IMG/VR virus record: IMGVR_UViG_3300031951_000040 | DNA length: 64,000 nucleotides | DNA from: an uncultured virus (IMG/VR IMGVR_UViG_3300031951_000040) | Lineage: Duplodnaviria; Heunggongvirae; Uroviricota; Caudoviricetes | Direction: 5' to 3' (one strand) | In this document: positions 9,538 to 17,999 of the stretch, piece by piece | How the letters are laid out: the number at the start of each line of letters is the position of its first letter | How positions within the stretch are numbered: position 1 is the stretch's first letter | Made by a program: the position numbers and the translations under genes | The notes under the pieces: generated by a model | Database searches by the model: none | What the model was told of the DNA's origin: nothing | The model's input: the letters and a program-made list of their open reading frames with translations, nothing else

Positions 9538-10227
9538 ATGAAAATCATAATTGAAAACACTCGTTTTGACTACAACATTGGTTGTCGTTTATTAAAAACA
9601 AAATATCGTAATACACCCTTTAATGGTTTGGAAGATATTTGGGAAGATATTGTTCCTATTACTTTCAAAGAAATTACAACCGAAATTCAAAACATTGAAC
9701 AGAGGCGTATCGCCGTAGGTTGTTTGGGTTTGGAAAACATTTACAAAGAAGTGAACCCCACACTTATTAAGTCCGAAACGATTTCAAAAGAAACATTTTG
9801 GGTTGGTGAGAATGGTGAACTCATTAAGAAAAACTTTGAGGACACCTACGAACTTTATGAAGTAAAAGGAAATGTTTGGGGTGAAGGTGCAGAATTTGGT
9901 TGGCGTAGACCAGATAATGTTCACTTTGTAAAGTGTAAGGACACCTCAACTGATAGGGAGTATTTTATTTGGGTGGACGCACAAAGTGTTTATCGTACTA
10001 ACAACAAAGACAAATGGTTGAGTAGTAGTGAGAACTTTGGTGAAAAGATTACCCCTATTCAAGCAATCGCGTGGACAATTCAAACAGACATTAAAGAAGG
10101 TGGAATTGAGAAAATTGTTCGGCAAGGTGATTGTGTTCTTATTAAGAAGAAAAAGAAGTGTGAAAGTGGTTCGGTTAGACACTTGACCGAAAAAGAATAC
10201 CGAAAACTATTGGTCGCAGAGAGTTAG
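9538..10227 (+). CDS. DUF6745-like protein
   Basis: NIEQRRIA, VKCKDTSTDREYFIWV, AIAWT, RQGD motifs. Confidence 0.55.
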   Translation: MKIIIENTRFDYNIGCRLLKTKYRNTPFNGLEDIWEDIVPITFKEITTEIQNIEQRRIAVGCLGLENIYKEVNPTLIKSETISKETFWVGENGELIKKNFEDTYELYEVKGNVWGEGAEFGWRRPDNVHFVKCKDTSTDREYFIWVDAQSVYRTNNKDKWLSSSENFGEKITPIQAIAWTIQTDIKEGGIEKIVRQGDCVLIKKKKKCESGSVRHLTEKEYRKLLVAES

Positions 10228-10316
10228 TTGTTTCATTTTTATTGGTTAAAACCCTCACTCAAAAGGTGGGGGTTTTTTATTGCTCCGAAGTTGCTGCTGG
10301 TTGCGCTGCTGTTCGT

Positions 10317-10378
10317 GATTTTGTTTGGCATTCTGTAAACCCAATAAAATCAATGGTTTGGGTTCGCCAACCAAAATC
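10317..10378. repeat. Inverted-pair element, IHF-like core subtype
   Basis: TTGTTTGGC 10321-10329 ... GCCAACCAA at 10366; AATCAATGGTTTG 10348-10360. Confidence 0.8.
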
Positions 10379-10552
10379 AAGGGCTGGTTGCTGCTGTTGC
10401 ACAACTGGTTTTTTCTAGTCATTGCTTCTGGTTTTACTGGTTTCCTGCTGCGGGGACCTGGAATCCACCAAATTGTTTGGCAAAAAAAATAAAAAAATTA
10501 TTGGATTATATTCTATATACTTTTATATTTGTGGTGTTAAATTAATAAACAT

Positions 10553-10960
10553 ATGTACACGACAATTAAAGATTATTATTCCTTCTTGAAAAAACAAAAA
10601 GAGGAAAAAGAGAATGAACTTTCTAAGATAAAAGAAAGTGTTAACCAACAAATGGATGTTTTTATGTCCGAACATGGTTGGACACGAAAGGGTAAAGTTC
10701 AAACCAAAAAGTATACTCAAAAAGTAACTTACACCAAAAAGTTCAATGGTAAGGATATCGTAATTGAGTATCGTGGTAACTACCAAGATGATTTTGTTGA
10801 TGGTGGTTGCCCCGAGTTCGTACACGATAAATCAATACCTAATTGTGTTGAGAAATTTCAAATGGGTTACTTTCATTGGAACGACCAAGACACAAGTGGT
10901 TGGAGTTTAGATGTGGTAATGGAACGAATGGAAGTGTTCTATAACAAGTACACCTCGTAA
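10553..10960 (+). CDS. Hypothetical protein
   Basis: ORF between a promoter and a terminator. Confidence 0.75.
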   Translation: MYTTIKDYYSFLKKQKEEKENELSKIKESVNQQMDVFMSEHGWTRKGKVQTKKYTQKVTYTKKFNGKDIVIEYRGNYQDDFVDGGCPEFVHDKSIPNCVEKFQMGYFHWNDQDTSGWSLDVVMERMEVFYNKYTS

Positions 10961-11102
10961 GAGAAACCCCGAAAGGGGTTTTTTTATTTCTCAGGACTCT
11001 GAGTCACGGTTCAGGACGGAAATTAGATTGGCAAGAAAAATAAAAAAATATTTGGATTATATTAATTACTGATTTATATTTGTATTATAAAACGACAAGA
11101 CA

Positions 11103-11321
11103 ATGATAAAATCTATTGATGAAAAACAAGGAGGTATTGAGATTGACCTCACAGGACCTGATGGGAACGCGTTCGTTCTTATTGGTCTCGCCTCAAAATG
11201 GGCGAAACAACTCGGTTTGGACTCCAAGAAAATTCAAGAGGAGATGATGAGTGGGGATTATGAGAATTTGATTGGCGTGATTGAAAAGTATTTCGGTGAC
11301 TATGTAACTCTTTATCGTTAA
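11103..11321 (+). CDS. Conserved small phage protein
   Basis: IDLTGPDGNAF...MMSGDYENL motif. Confidence 0.75.
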   Translation: MIKSIDEKQGGIEIDLTGPDGNAFVLIGLASKWAKQLGLDSKKIQEEMMSGDYENLIGVIEKYFGDYVTLYR

Positions 11322-11325
11322 TCAT

Positions 11326-11529
11326 ATGGCACAGAAAATTCAAATTTTATCCCCTGATGGGTTCACACTCGAAAGGGATGTACCTTACTACAAGTCGCAC
11401 AGAGCGGCGTGTAAGGCGTTCGAACAATGGAAGAAAGGGTACGAAACTCAAGGGTATTATTCTTCCGTAAAATATGGTCGCATACCATTAGTTGACCTTG
11501 AGGATTATTGTCAATTAAATTATTTGTAA
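11326..11529 (+). CDS. Hypothetical protein
   Basis: Operonic spacing. Confidence 0.65.
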   Translation: MAQKIQILSPDGFTLERDVPYYKSHRAACKAFEQWKKGYETQGYYSSVKYGRIPLVDLEDYCQLNYL

Positions 11530-11530
11530 C

Positions 11531-11851
11531 ATGAAAAATTTCAGTCAAGTTTGTGTTTGGCCCGCAACTCTTATCGGTAAGTCCAACATTAAGGAATTCG
11601 AAAAGTGGTTAAAACAAGAATTCGGTGTTCGTGCAAAATATTGTGAGGAAGTAGAAACACTACCTACACCAGGCGAACCTGAAACGGGTGGAAGAAACGA
11701 TGTGTTCTTTAGAGTCCATCAAGATGACATTCCAAAATTCGCAGTACCCCGTTTACAAATTGGTATTCGTTGGTGGGAGGATGTATTACTTAATGGTAAT
11801 GGTGTTCTCTATCCCCAAGATATTTTGGAAAGATACCCGAAGACATGGTGA
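11531..11851 (+). CDS. Hypothetical protein
   Basis: Operonic spacing; GGRNDVFF and IRWWED motifs. Confidence 0.7.
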   Translation: MKNFSQVCVWPATLIGKSNIKEFEKWLKQEFGVRAKYCEEVETLPTPGEPETGGRNDVFFRVHQDDIPKFAVPRLQIGIRWWEDVLLNGNGVLYPQDILERYPKTW

Positions 11852-11924
11852 ACAGTGAATATTGATTGGCAAAAATAACTTGTAAAAAGAAATAATCTTT
11901 ATACCTTTGTAAAAAACCATTCGT

Positions 11925-12176
11925 ATGACAAATCAAGAAATAACTACCCATTGGGTAAATCAAAGTGAGAAAGTCCTAAAGGGACGAGTTATCAAATCAG
12001 TTCGTTATCTTACCGATGAGGAAATGGAACTTATGGGTTGGTACAAGAGACCAATTTGTATTGAGTTGGACAACGGAACACTATGTATTCCTTCTATGGA
12101 TGATGAGGGAAATGATGGTGGAAGTTTGTTCTACCAAGAAAAAGGTAAAGAACTTGATGTATTACCTGTAATCTAA
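11925..12176 (+). CDS. Hypothetical protein
   Basis: After a promoter; PSMDDEGNDGG motif. Confidence 0.7.
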   Translation: MTNQEITTHWVNQSEKVLKGRVIKSVRYLTDEEMELMGWYKRPICIELDNGTLCIPSMDDEGNDGGSLFYQEKGKELDVLPVI

Positions 12177-12214
12177 AAACACTTGACAATGTAAAATATG
12201 ATGTGTAACTTTTT

Positions 12215-12289
12215 ATTGGATTACATTTCATAGTTGTAATTTGTGTTTGGTTTGACACACTAAAGGGGTTCTTCGGAATCCCTTTTTTT
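12215..12289 (+). ncRNA. Candidate antisense small RNA complementary to early-gene leaders and start codons
   Basis: Upstream TTGACA-N17-TAACTT (12183-12211); two small hairpins plus a terminator; 12226-12255 pairs with 201-230. Confidence 0.5.
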
Positions 12290-12549
12290 GTTTCTAAAAT
12301 ACTGAAAATCTTCGTTTTAACATACGCCAGGGGGAAAACTGGACGACGGCTGGACGATTTTGTTTGGCAAGAAATACTAGTATTCTTGGTGAATATCCTT
12401 AAAAGTTTTAGTATGTTTGTCATACACAAAGTCAAAGATGTATGTGGAAAAACTTTTTTGAAAAAACTTTAAAAAAAATTTGGAAAAAAAGAAAAACTAT
12501 TATATCTTTGTACCCACATTAAATCTTTAATCTAAAATTAGAAACGAAA

Positions 12550-13305
12550 ATGAGTACAAAAAATGTTCAAGTAAAGTTCACCCAAAATTTGGGTATGTTC
12601 AAACTTCACAATGTAAATCGTGAGGTAGACTCTCCACGCGTTAAGCGTATTACAGACTCGATGAAGAAGGACGGATTAAAACTCGTTCCAATCATTGTAA
12701 ACTCCCAGTATGTGGTTGTAGACGGACAACACCGACTAACCGCAGCAAAAGAAGCGGGTAAAGGTATCTACTTTATTGTAGACAACTCAATCCCCAACAC
12801 CACGAAAGGTATCTTTGAAGCCGCACGTAAGTTCAACCAGAACATGAAAGAGTGGGGTAAGAAAGATTACATTCATGGTTTTTCCGAACAAGGAAACAAA
12901 TCTTACAAAACTTTGGAAGATTTTTCAAAAGAGTTTCCGATGTTTTCTTTGACCGAAAGAATTATGTTACTACAAAATTCTGGTACTCGTCATTGTGACA
13001 AACAAGATTTTGCGGATGGTAAGTTTGTTGTTGGTAATATGGAAACCGCCAAAGAATGGGCGAATAACCTACTCCAACTGAAACCTTACTTTGAAAAGGG
13101 TTACAACAAATCGGTATTTGTTCGTACTATTCTTACCATTATGGAAAAGAAACCCGATTTTAAGTTTGAAGAATTTTTACATAAAGTAAAACTTCGTCCA
13201 AGTTCAATCTATATGTGTGGTGATAAAAAATCATACGCGGAAATGATTGAAGACATTTACAACTACAAGCGTCGTAATGAGGACAAGTTGAACCTTCGTT
13301 TCTAA
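12550..13305 (+). CDS. ParB/Srx N-terminal domain protein
   Basis: NREV...PIIV...VVDGQHRLTA motif. Confidence 0.8.
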   Translation: MSTKNVQVKFTQNLGMFKLHNVNREVDSPRVKRITDSMKKDGLKLVPIIVNSQYVVVDGQHRLTAAKEAGKGIYFIVDNSIPNTTKGIFEAARKFNQNMKEWGKKDYIHGFSEQGNKSYKTLEDFSKEFPMFSLTERIMLLQNSGTRHCDKQDFADGKFVVGNMETAKEWANNLLQLKPYFEKGYNKSVFVRTILTIMEKKPDFKFEEFLHKVKLRPSSIYMCGDKKSYAEMIEDIYNYKRRNEDKLNLRF

Positions 13306-13560
13306 CTTTGGATTAGGGTTAGTGATTGGGGTGACCGAAAGGTTACCCCTTTTTTTTGCTCAAAATTTCACAAGATGTAACATCCTGAAGACGACTCCAG
13401 ATTTTGTTTGGCGGAGTTTTCAACACACAAATGTTTGTAATCCAATAAAAAAGACACTTTTTGTATAAGGTTTTGACAAAAAAGTTGAACAAAGTGAAAA
13501 TATTTGTTGTTTATCGAAAATATTCTTATTACTTTTGTACTGTAATTCAAAAACTTGAAT

Positions 13561-13932
13561 ATGATAAAAAAACCAAGAAAGACTACGGCTAATTCTCTGA
13601 AGAAGTCTTTGCACGAAATTCGTGAATGCCTTAATGAGAGTTTACCAAACTTTGAGAAAAAGGAAATGGTGGGAATTAAATTTTCTCGTGTTGGTACTCG
13701 TTATCACATTGAAAATGCACCAGTTCCTCCTACCGATAAGATTGGTGTACAGCTTGAGCGTTCTTTCAATGATTTTATGCGTAAGCTGAAAGTAACTTAT
13801 GGTGGAATGAAACTTGAAGGTTCGATGGTGTTAGGGACCAAAGACGATTTGTTTTTGGTTGGCTACAACAACTATGAACGTAAAGGTAAAAACCTCACCA
13901 AAAAGGGACATTCAATAGAAGGGGTTCTTTAG
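13561..13932 (+). CDS. Basic hypothetical protein
   Basis: ATG at 13561 after a promoter; terminator at 13965. Confidence 0.65.
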   Translation: MIKKPRKTTANSLKKSLHEIRECLNESLPNFEKKEMVGIKFSRVGTRYHIENAPVPPTDKIGVQLERSFNDFMRKLKVTYGGMKLEGSMVLGTKDDLFLVGYNNYERKGKNLTKKGHSIEGVL

Positions 13933-14035
13933 TTTAGTATATTGATTTAATGTTCGGTTCGAAAAACCCTCACAGAAATGTGGGGGTTTTTTATTGCTCG
14001 AATGTGTGCGGAGGAGCTGCACAGTTCGTCTATTA

Positions 14036-14061
14036 AATTAGTTTGGCGCCCGCCAAACAAT
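14036..14061. repeat. Minimal inverted-pair element with almost no core
   Basis: aattagtttggcg-cc-cgccaaacaat. Confidence 0.8.
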
Positions 14062-14163
14062 ATCGCCCTGGGAAGAACAGGTCCCTCCTGAAGAAAAAAA
14101 ATAAAAATAAATTTGGAATATAAAAGAATTCGTTTTATATTTGTATTGTTAAACCAATATTAT

Positions 14164-14934
14164 ATGGAGTACAGAAATAAAACCCAAGCCAGAAAGGAAA
14201 CTGGAATCAATTATTTAGGTTCAGTTAACCTGACATCAAAACACGCTAAGGCGTACAAGTATGATGAATTAACCTACAGTCTTTACCTCGCACCCGCGGA
14301 CTTAAGTGGTTACGAAGTTTGCCCAATGAGAAACGCGGAGTGTACTGCACTATGTTTAAACGAATCTGGTATGAATCGAATGAACATGAGAGATGACATG
14401 ATTACTGAGAGTAGAATTAAAAAAACAAAATTGTTTTTCGAACATCGCCAGTATTTCATGCAATGGATGGTTGCAGAAATTGAGGCGGCAAAAAAGAAGG
14501 CAGAAAAACAAGGTTATCACTTTAGTGTTCGTTTAAATAACACTTCAGACATTTCACCCGAATCTTTTCATATGGAGATAGATGGTAAAAGAAAAAACAT
14601 TTTGCAATTGTTTCCTAATGTTATGTTTTACGACTACAGCAAAGTGGGTAAACGAATGGAGTTAGTTAAGAAGTATAAGAACTACGACTTAACATTTTCA
14701 TTTAGTGGTACAAACTTTTCAGATTGTATTAGTATGTTGAACAATGGTATACGAGTTGCCGTTGTTTTCAAAAAAGAAATACCCAAAAAGTTTTGGGGTA
14801 GAAAAGTTATCGATGGTGACTTATATGATATGAGATATCGAGATGAGAACGACATTATTGTGGGATTAAAATATAAAGTCACACGAAAACGACCTCAAAA
14901 AGATAGTAAGTTTATAGTAGACCCCTCACAATGA
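14164..14934 (+). CDS. Gp88-like (radical-SAM-related) phage protein
   Basis: VCP...C...CL, VRLNNTSD, FYDYSK, IDGDLYDMR, IVGLKYK motifs. Confidence 0.75.
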   Translation: MEYRNKTQARKETGINYLGSVNLTSKHAKAYKYDELTYSLYLAPADLSGYEVCPMRNAECTALCLNESGMNRMNMRDDMITESRIKKTKLFFEHRQYFMQWMVAEIEAAKKKAEKQGYHFSVRLNNTSDISPESFHMEIDGKRKNILQLFPNVMFYDYSKVGKRMELVKKYKNYDLTFSFSGTNFSDCISMLNNGIRVAVVFKKEIPKKFWGRKVIDGDLYDMRYRDENDIIVGLKYKVTRKRPQKDSKFIVDPSQ

Positions 14935-14983
14935 GGGGTTTTTTATTGCTTGAAGATGTTGCGCGCATGATGCTGGTCATCGG

Positions 14984-15046
14984 AATTTTGTTTGGCATTC
15001 TGTAATCCTAATAAAATCAACACTTTAAGTTGTGCCAACCAAAATC
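14984..15046. repeat. Inverted-pair element, IHF-like core subtype
   Basis: TTTGTTTGGC ending 14996 ... GCCAACCAA at 15034; AATCAACACTTTA 15015-15027. Confidence 0.8.
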
Positions 15047-15209
15047 ACCTGGCTTCAGACTGGTTGCAACAGCCAGTTTTACTGGTCATTTTGCTGGTGA
15101 CCCTGGTTAATCCAAAAACTTGGTTGGCAAGAAAACAATAAAAAAGATAAAAAATTATTTGGAATATAATAATAACAGTATTATATTTGTATCATAAAAC
15201 AACATAACA

Positions 15210-15812
15210 ATGGGACAATATTATAAACCAATCATTTTAGGTAACACCCCAAAAGAGGGTGAACACGAAACAGTTAAAGCGTGGATGTATTCACACGAGT
15301 ACGACAACGGACTCAAACTGATGGAGCATTCCTATCAAGGGAACAACTTCGTTTCAACTTTTGAAAAACAATTAACCCGTAGAGGTGAACATTACAAAAG
15401 TCGTGTAGTGTGGGCGGGTGATTACGCAGGAGAAGAACCAGGTGTAAAAGTCATTTCGGAAGGGAAGGAGTACGATGCAAATTTGTATTCACTTTGTAAT
15501 GATGAAAACCAAATCAAACCCAAAGTGTCATCAACGGATGAATACCCCTACATTGTAAACCACACCAAAAAAATGTTCGTGGATAAAAACAAAGTTCCCG
15601 AAATTCAAGGATGGGATGGTGTAAAAATTCACCCTTTACCACTATTAACTAGTGAAGGTAACGGAATGGGTGGGGGAGATTTTAGAGGTGATGATGAAAA
15701 TGAGATTGTTGGTTCGTGGGCAAGAGATGTTATCTCGGTAGAAAAAGATAGTCCACTCGTAACCAATGGGATGATGAATTACACCGAATTGATTTTTGAT
15801 TTGAAAGAATAA
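15210..15812 (+). CDS. Conserved phage protein (MGQYY N-terminus)
   Basis: GLKLMEHS, VVWAGDY, IHPLPLLT...GGGD, GSWARD motifs. Confidence 0.8.
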   Translation: MGQYYKPIILGNTPKEGEHETVKAWMYSHEYDNGLKLMEHSYQGNNFVSTFEKQLTRRGEHYKSRVVWAGDYAGEEPGVKVISEGKEYDANLYSLCNDENQIKPKVSSTDEYPYIVNHTKKMFVDKNKVPEIQGWDGVKIHPLPLLTSEGNGMGGGDFRGDDENEIVGSWARDVISVEKDSPLVTNGMMNYTELIFDLKE

Positions 15813-15906
15813 AAAGGTCCCCCGTCACAGGGGGATTTTTGTTTGGCAAAAAAACATTTGGAATATAAAAGAATTAGTATTATATTTGTATTATAAACCA
15901 ATCAAG

Positions 15907-16296
15907 ATGAGTAAAAGTATTAAAGTAAGGTTCAATCTCGGTAGAGGTAAGAACTACATGAAGTGGAAAGTACAACACCCTGATGGTAGTGTATTGTATT
16001 ACAGTCCAACAGATAATCAGTTGGTCATGACAGGTTGCACATTTAAGAACCACAGGAAAACAGCACAGAAGATTTTCGATGGTGGTAATAAAACAGTATG
16101 TGCGTGGATACTTTGTAAGGACATCAAGATTTACACAGGTCAACCATACAAGGATGAAAGTCGTAGGGTTCGATACAATCCACGAGTTCAACCCAACTGG
16201 TTATTCGATGGTCACATCATGGACAATGATGGAGTACCACAATTGCACACCATCGATTACGGAGTGTACATCACGACAGGTGAAGGTGAAATTTAG
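15907..16296 (+). CDS. Hypothetical phage protein
   Basis: KTVCAW and VRYNP motifs; ATG after a promoter. Confidence 0.7.
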   Translation: MSKSIKVRFNLGRGKNYMKWKVQHPDGSVLYYSPTDNQLVMTGCTFKNHRKTAQKIFDGGNKTVCAWILCKDIKIYTGQPYKDESRRVRYNPRVQPNWLFDGHIMDNDGVPQLHTIDYGVYITTGEGEI

Positions 16297-16317
16297 TTTG
16301 GCCTAAAATAAAACAAC

Positions 16318-16794
16318 ATGGACTTAATTAAAGCACAACGGTTAGCAGAGAAGTTAATTCACAAACACAAGTTAGATGTTAAGGGGTGGACATTTGCGTA
16401 TGACAATGCAAAAAGTAGGTTTGGGTGTTGTAAATACAGACCTAAACAAATTACACTATCCAAAGTATTGACATTACTTAATGATGAAAGTCATGTAAAG
16501 AATACTATTCTACATGAGATTGCACACGCACTTTGTCCTGGTCAAAAACATAACCATGTATGGAGGTCGAAAGCGATTGAAATAGGTTGTGATGGACATC
16601 GTTGTTATAGTAGTAAAGTAGTTGAAACACCCGAAGCAAAATATATTGCAACATGTGTTGGTTGTGGTAAGGTATCCAAAGCCCATCGTTTAAGAAGTAG
16701 GTCTTATTCATGTAGCAATTGTTCGGGTGGTAGTTACAACCCAAAGTACAAATTGGAGTTCAGACCAAACCCCATATTCACAGGGGGGATTTAG
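16318..16794 (+). CDS. SprT-like zinc metalloprotease
   Basis: TILHEIAHAL...H...W plus C-terminal CxxC pairs. Confidence 0.85.
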   Translation: MDLIKAQRLAEKLIHKHKLDVKGWTFAYDNAKSRFGCCKYRPKQITLSKVLTLLNDESHVKNTILHEIAHALCPGQKHNHVWRSKAIEIGCDGHRCYSSKVVETPEAKYIATCVGCGKVSKAHRLRSRSYSCSNCSGGSYNPKYKLEFRPNPIFTGGI

Positions 16795-16873
16795 TTTGGC
16801 GACAAAGTTGAAAAAAAATTTGGTATAAAAGAAAAATTGTTATATCTTTGTAATACAATTAAATTAAAAAAGT

Positions 16874-17464
16874 ATGGGATACACAACCGATTTCGAAGGT
16901 GGATTTGAATTCAGTCGTCCACTTACTAGTGATGAAAAGAATTACATCACCAAGTTCAACAACACTCGTAGAATGAAACGAAATGTTGAGAAACTCTATG
17001 AGTTATTTAAGGGTGAACACGGAAACCCTTTTCTACCAAAAGAAGAAACCTACGGAAACGATGGTGAATACTTTGTTGGTGGTAATGGGTTCGCAGGTCA
17101 AGACAAGGATGATAGTATTGTCGATTACAATACACCTCCAGGTCAACTAGATTTTCTAACAACTAACTACAACGAAAGGTGGACACAAAATGATTTGAGA
17201 ACACGAGAGGGTAAATGTCAACCTGGTTTATGGTGTCAGTGGACTACGGATGAAAATGGAACTCATCTAATATGGGATGGTGGTGAGAAGTTTTACAACT
17301 ACGTTGAGTGGTTGAAATATATCATCAATCATTTCTTTGAGAAGTGGGGTGTGAAATTAAATGGTGAGGTTTATTGGAAAGGCGAGGATGGTGAGGACAT
17401 GGGTAAGATTGTTGTAAAGGACAACTGGGTCACAGTAAAATACGCGAGGATTACTTATGATTGA
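16874..17464 (+). CDS. Conserved phage protein (MGYTTDF N-terminus)
   Basis: QPGLWCQW, WDGGEKFYNYVEWL, LNGEV.W.GE motifs. Confidence 0.8.
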   Translation: MGYTTDFEGGFEFSRPLTSDEKNYITKFNNTRRMKRNVEKLYELFKGEHGNPFLPKEETYGNDGEYFVGGNGFAGQDKDDSIVDYNTPPGQLDFLTTNYNERWTQNDLRTREGKCQPGLWCQWTTDENGTHLIWDGGEKFYNYVEWLKYIINHFFEKWGVKLNGEVYWKGEDGEDMGKIVVKDNWVTVKYARITYD

Positions 17465-17627
17465 TTGGTTTAAGGAGAGAACCCCACAGAAATGTGGGGT
17501 TTTTTATTAAAAACCTCGTACACATATATTATGGGATGGACATTGATTTAGGTTGGCAACAAAGTTGAAAATAAATTTGGTATAAAAGAAAAATTGTTAT
17601 ATCTTTGTATTACTAAAACATTTTATT

Positions 17628-17939
17628 ATGTACAAGAAAAAAATTCAAGACCTACAAGAGGAAATAATCAAAAAAATTAAAAACAAATGTTCGACCATTA
17701 TTGGTGAGAACCAACAAATCACATTTAGAAATGTGTTTGGAGTTTGGGTTACCGAAGGTATGTACGAAGATGATGGTAGAGTTCAATACGCGGCGTATGG
17801 AATATTACCTGATGGTACTGTGATGTCGGAAAGTTTTGGTGATAGTATAGAACTCTCGTTAGTTGAATTGGACATATATGAACTCGCACACATCATAGAC
17901 ATCCTTGAGTCGGATGACTTTACCGTCGAGGACATTTAG
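17628..17939 (+). CDS. Hypothetical protein
   Basis: Lies between two identical promoter cassettes. Confidence 0.7.
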   Translation: MYKKKIQDLQEEIIKKIKNKCSTIIGENQQITFRNVFGVWVTEGMYEDDGRVQYAAYGILPDGTVMSESFGDSIELSLVELDIYELAHIIDILESDDFTVEDI

Positions 17940-17999
17940 TTTGGCAACAAAGTTGAAAATAAATTTGGTATAAAAGAAAAATTGTTATATCTTTGTATT

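Noticed and set aside
517..15046. CRISPR array or mini-arrays suggested by conserved arms around ~35-bp variable spacers
   Set aside because: Arms are inverted rather than direct, only ~10-13 bp long, and separated by whole genes; spacers resemble each other; no cas genes are visible.
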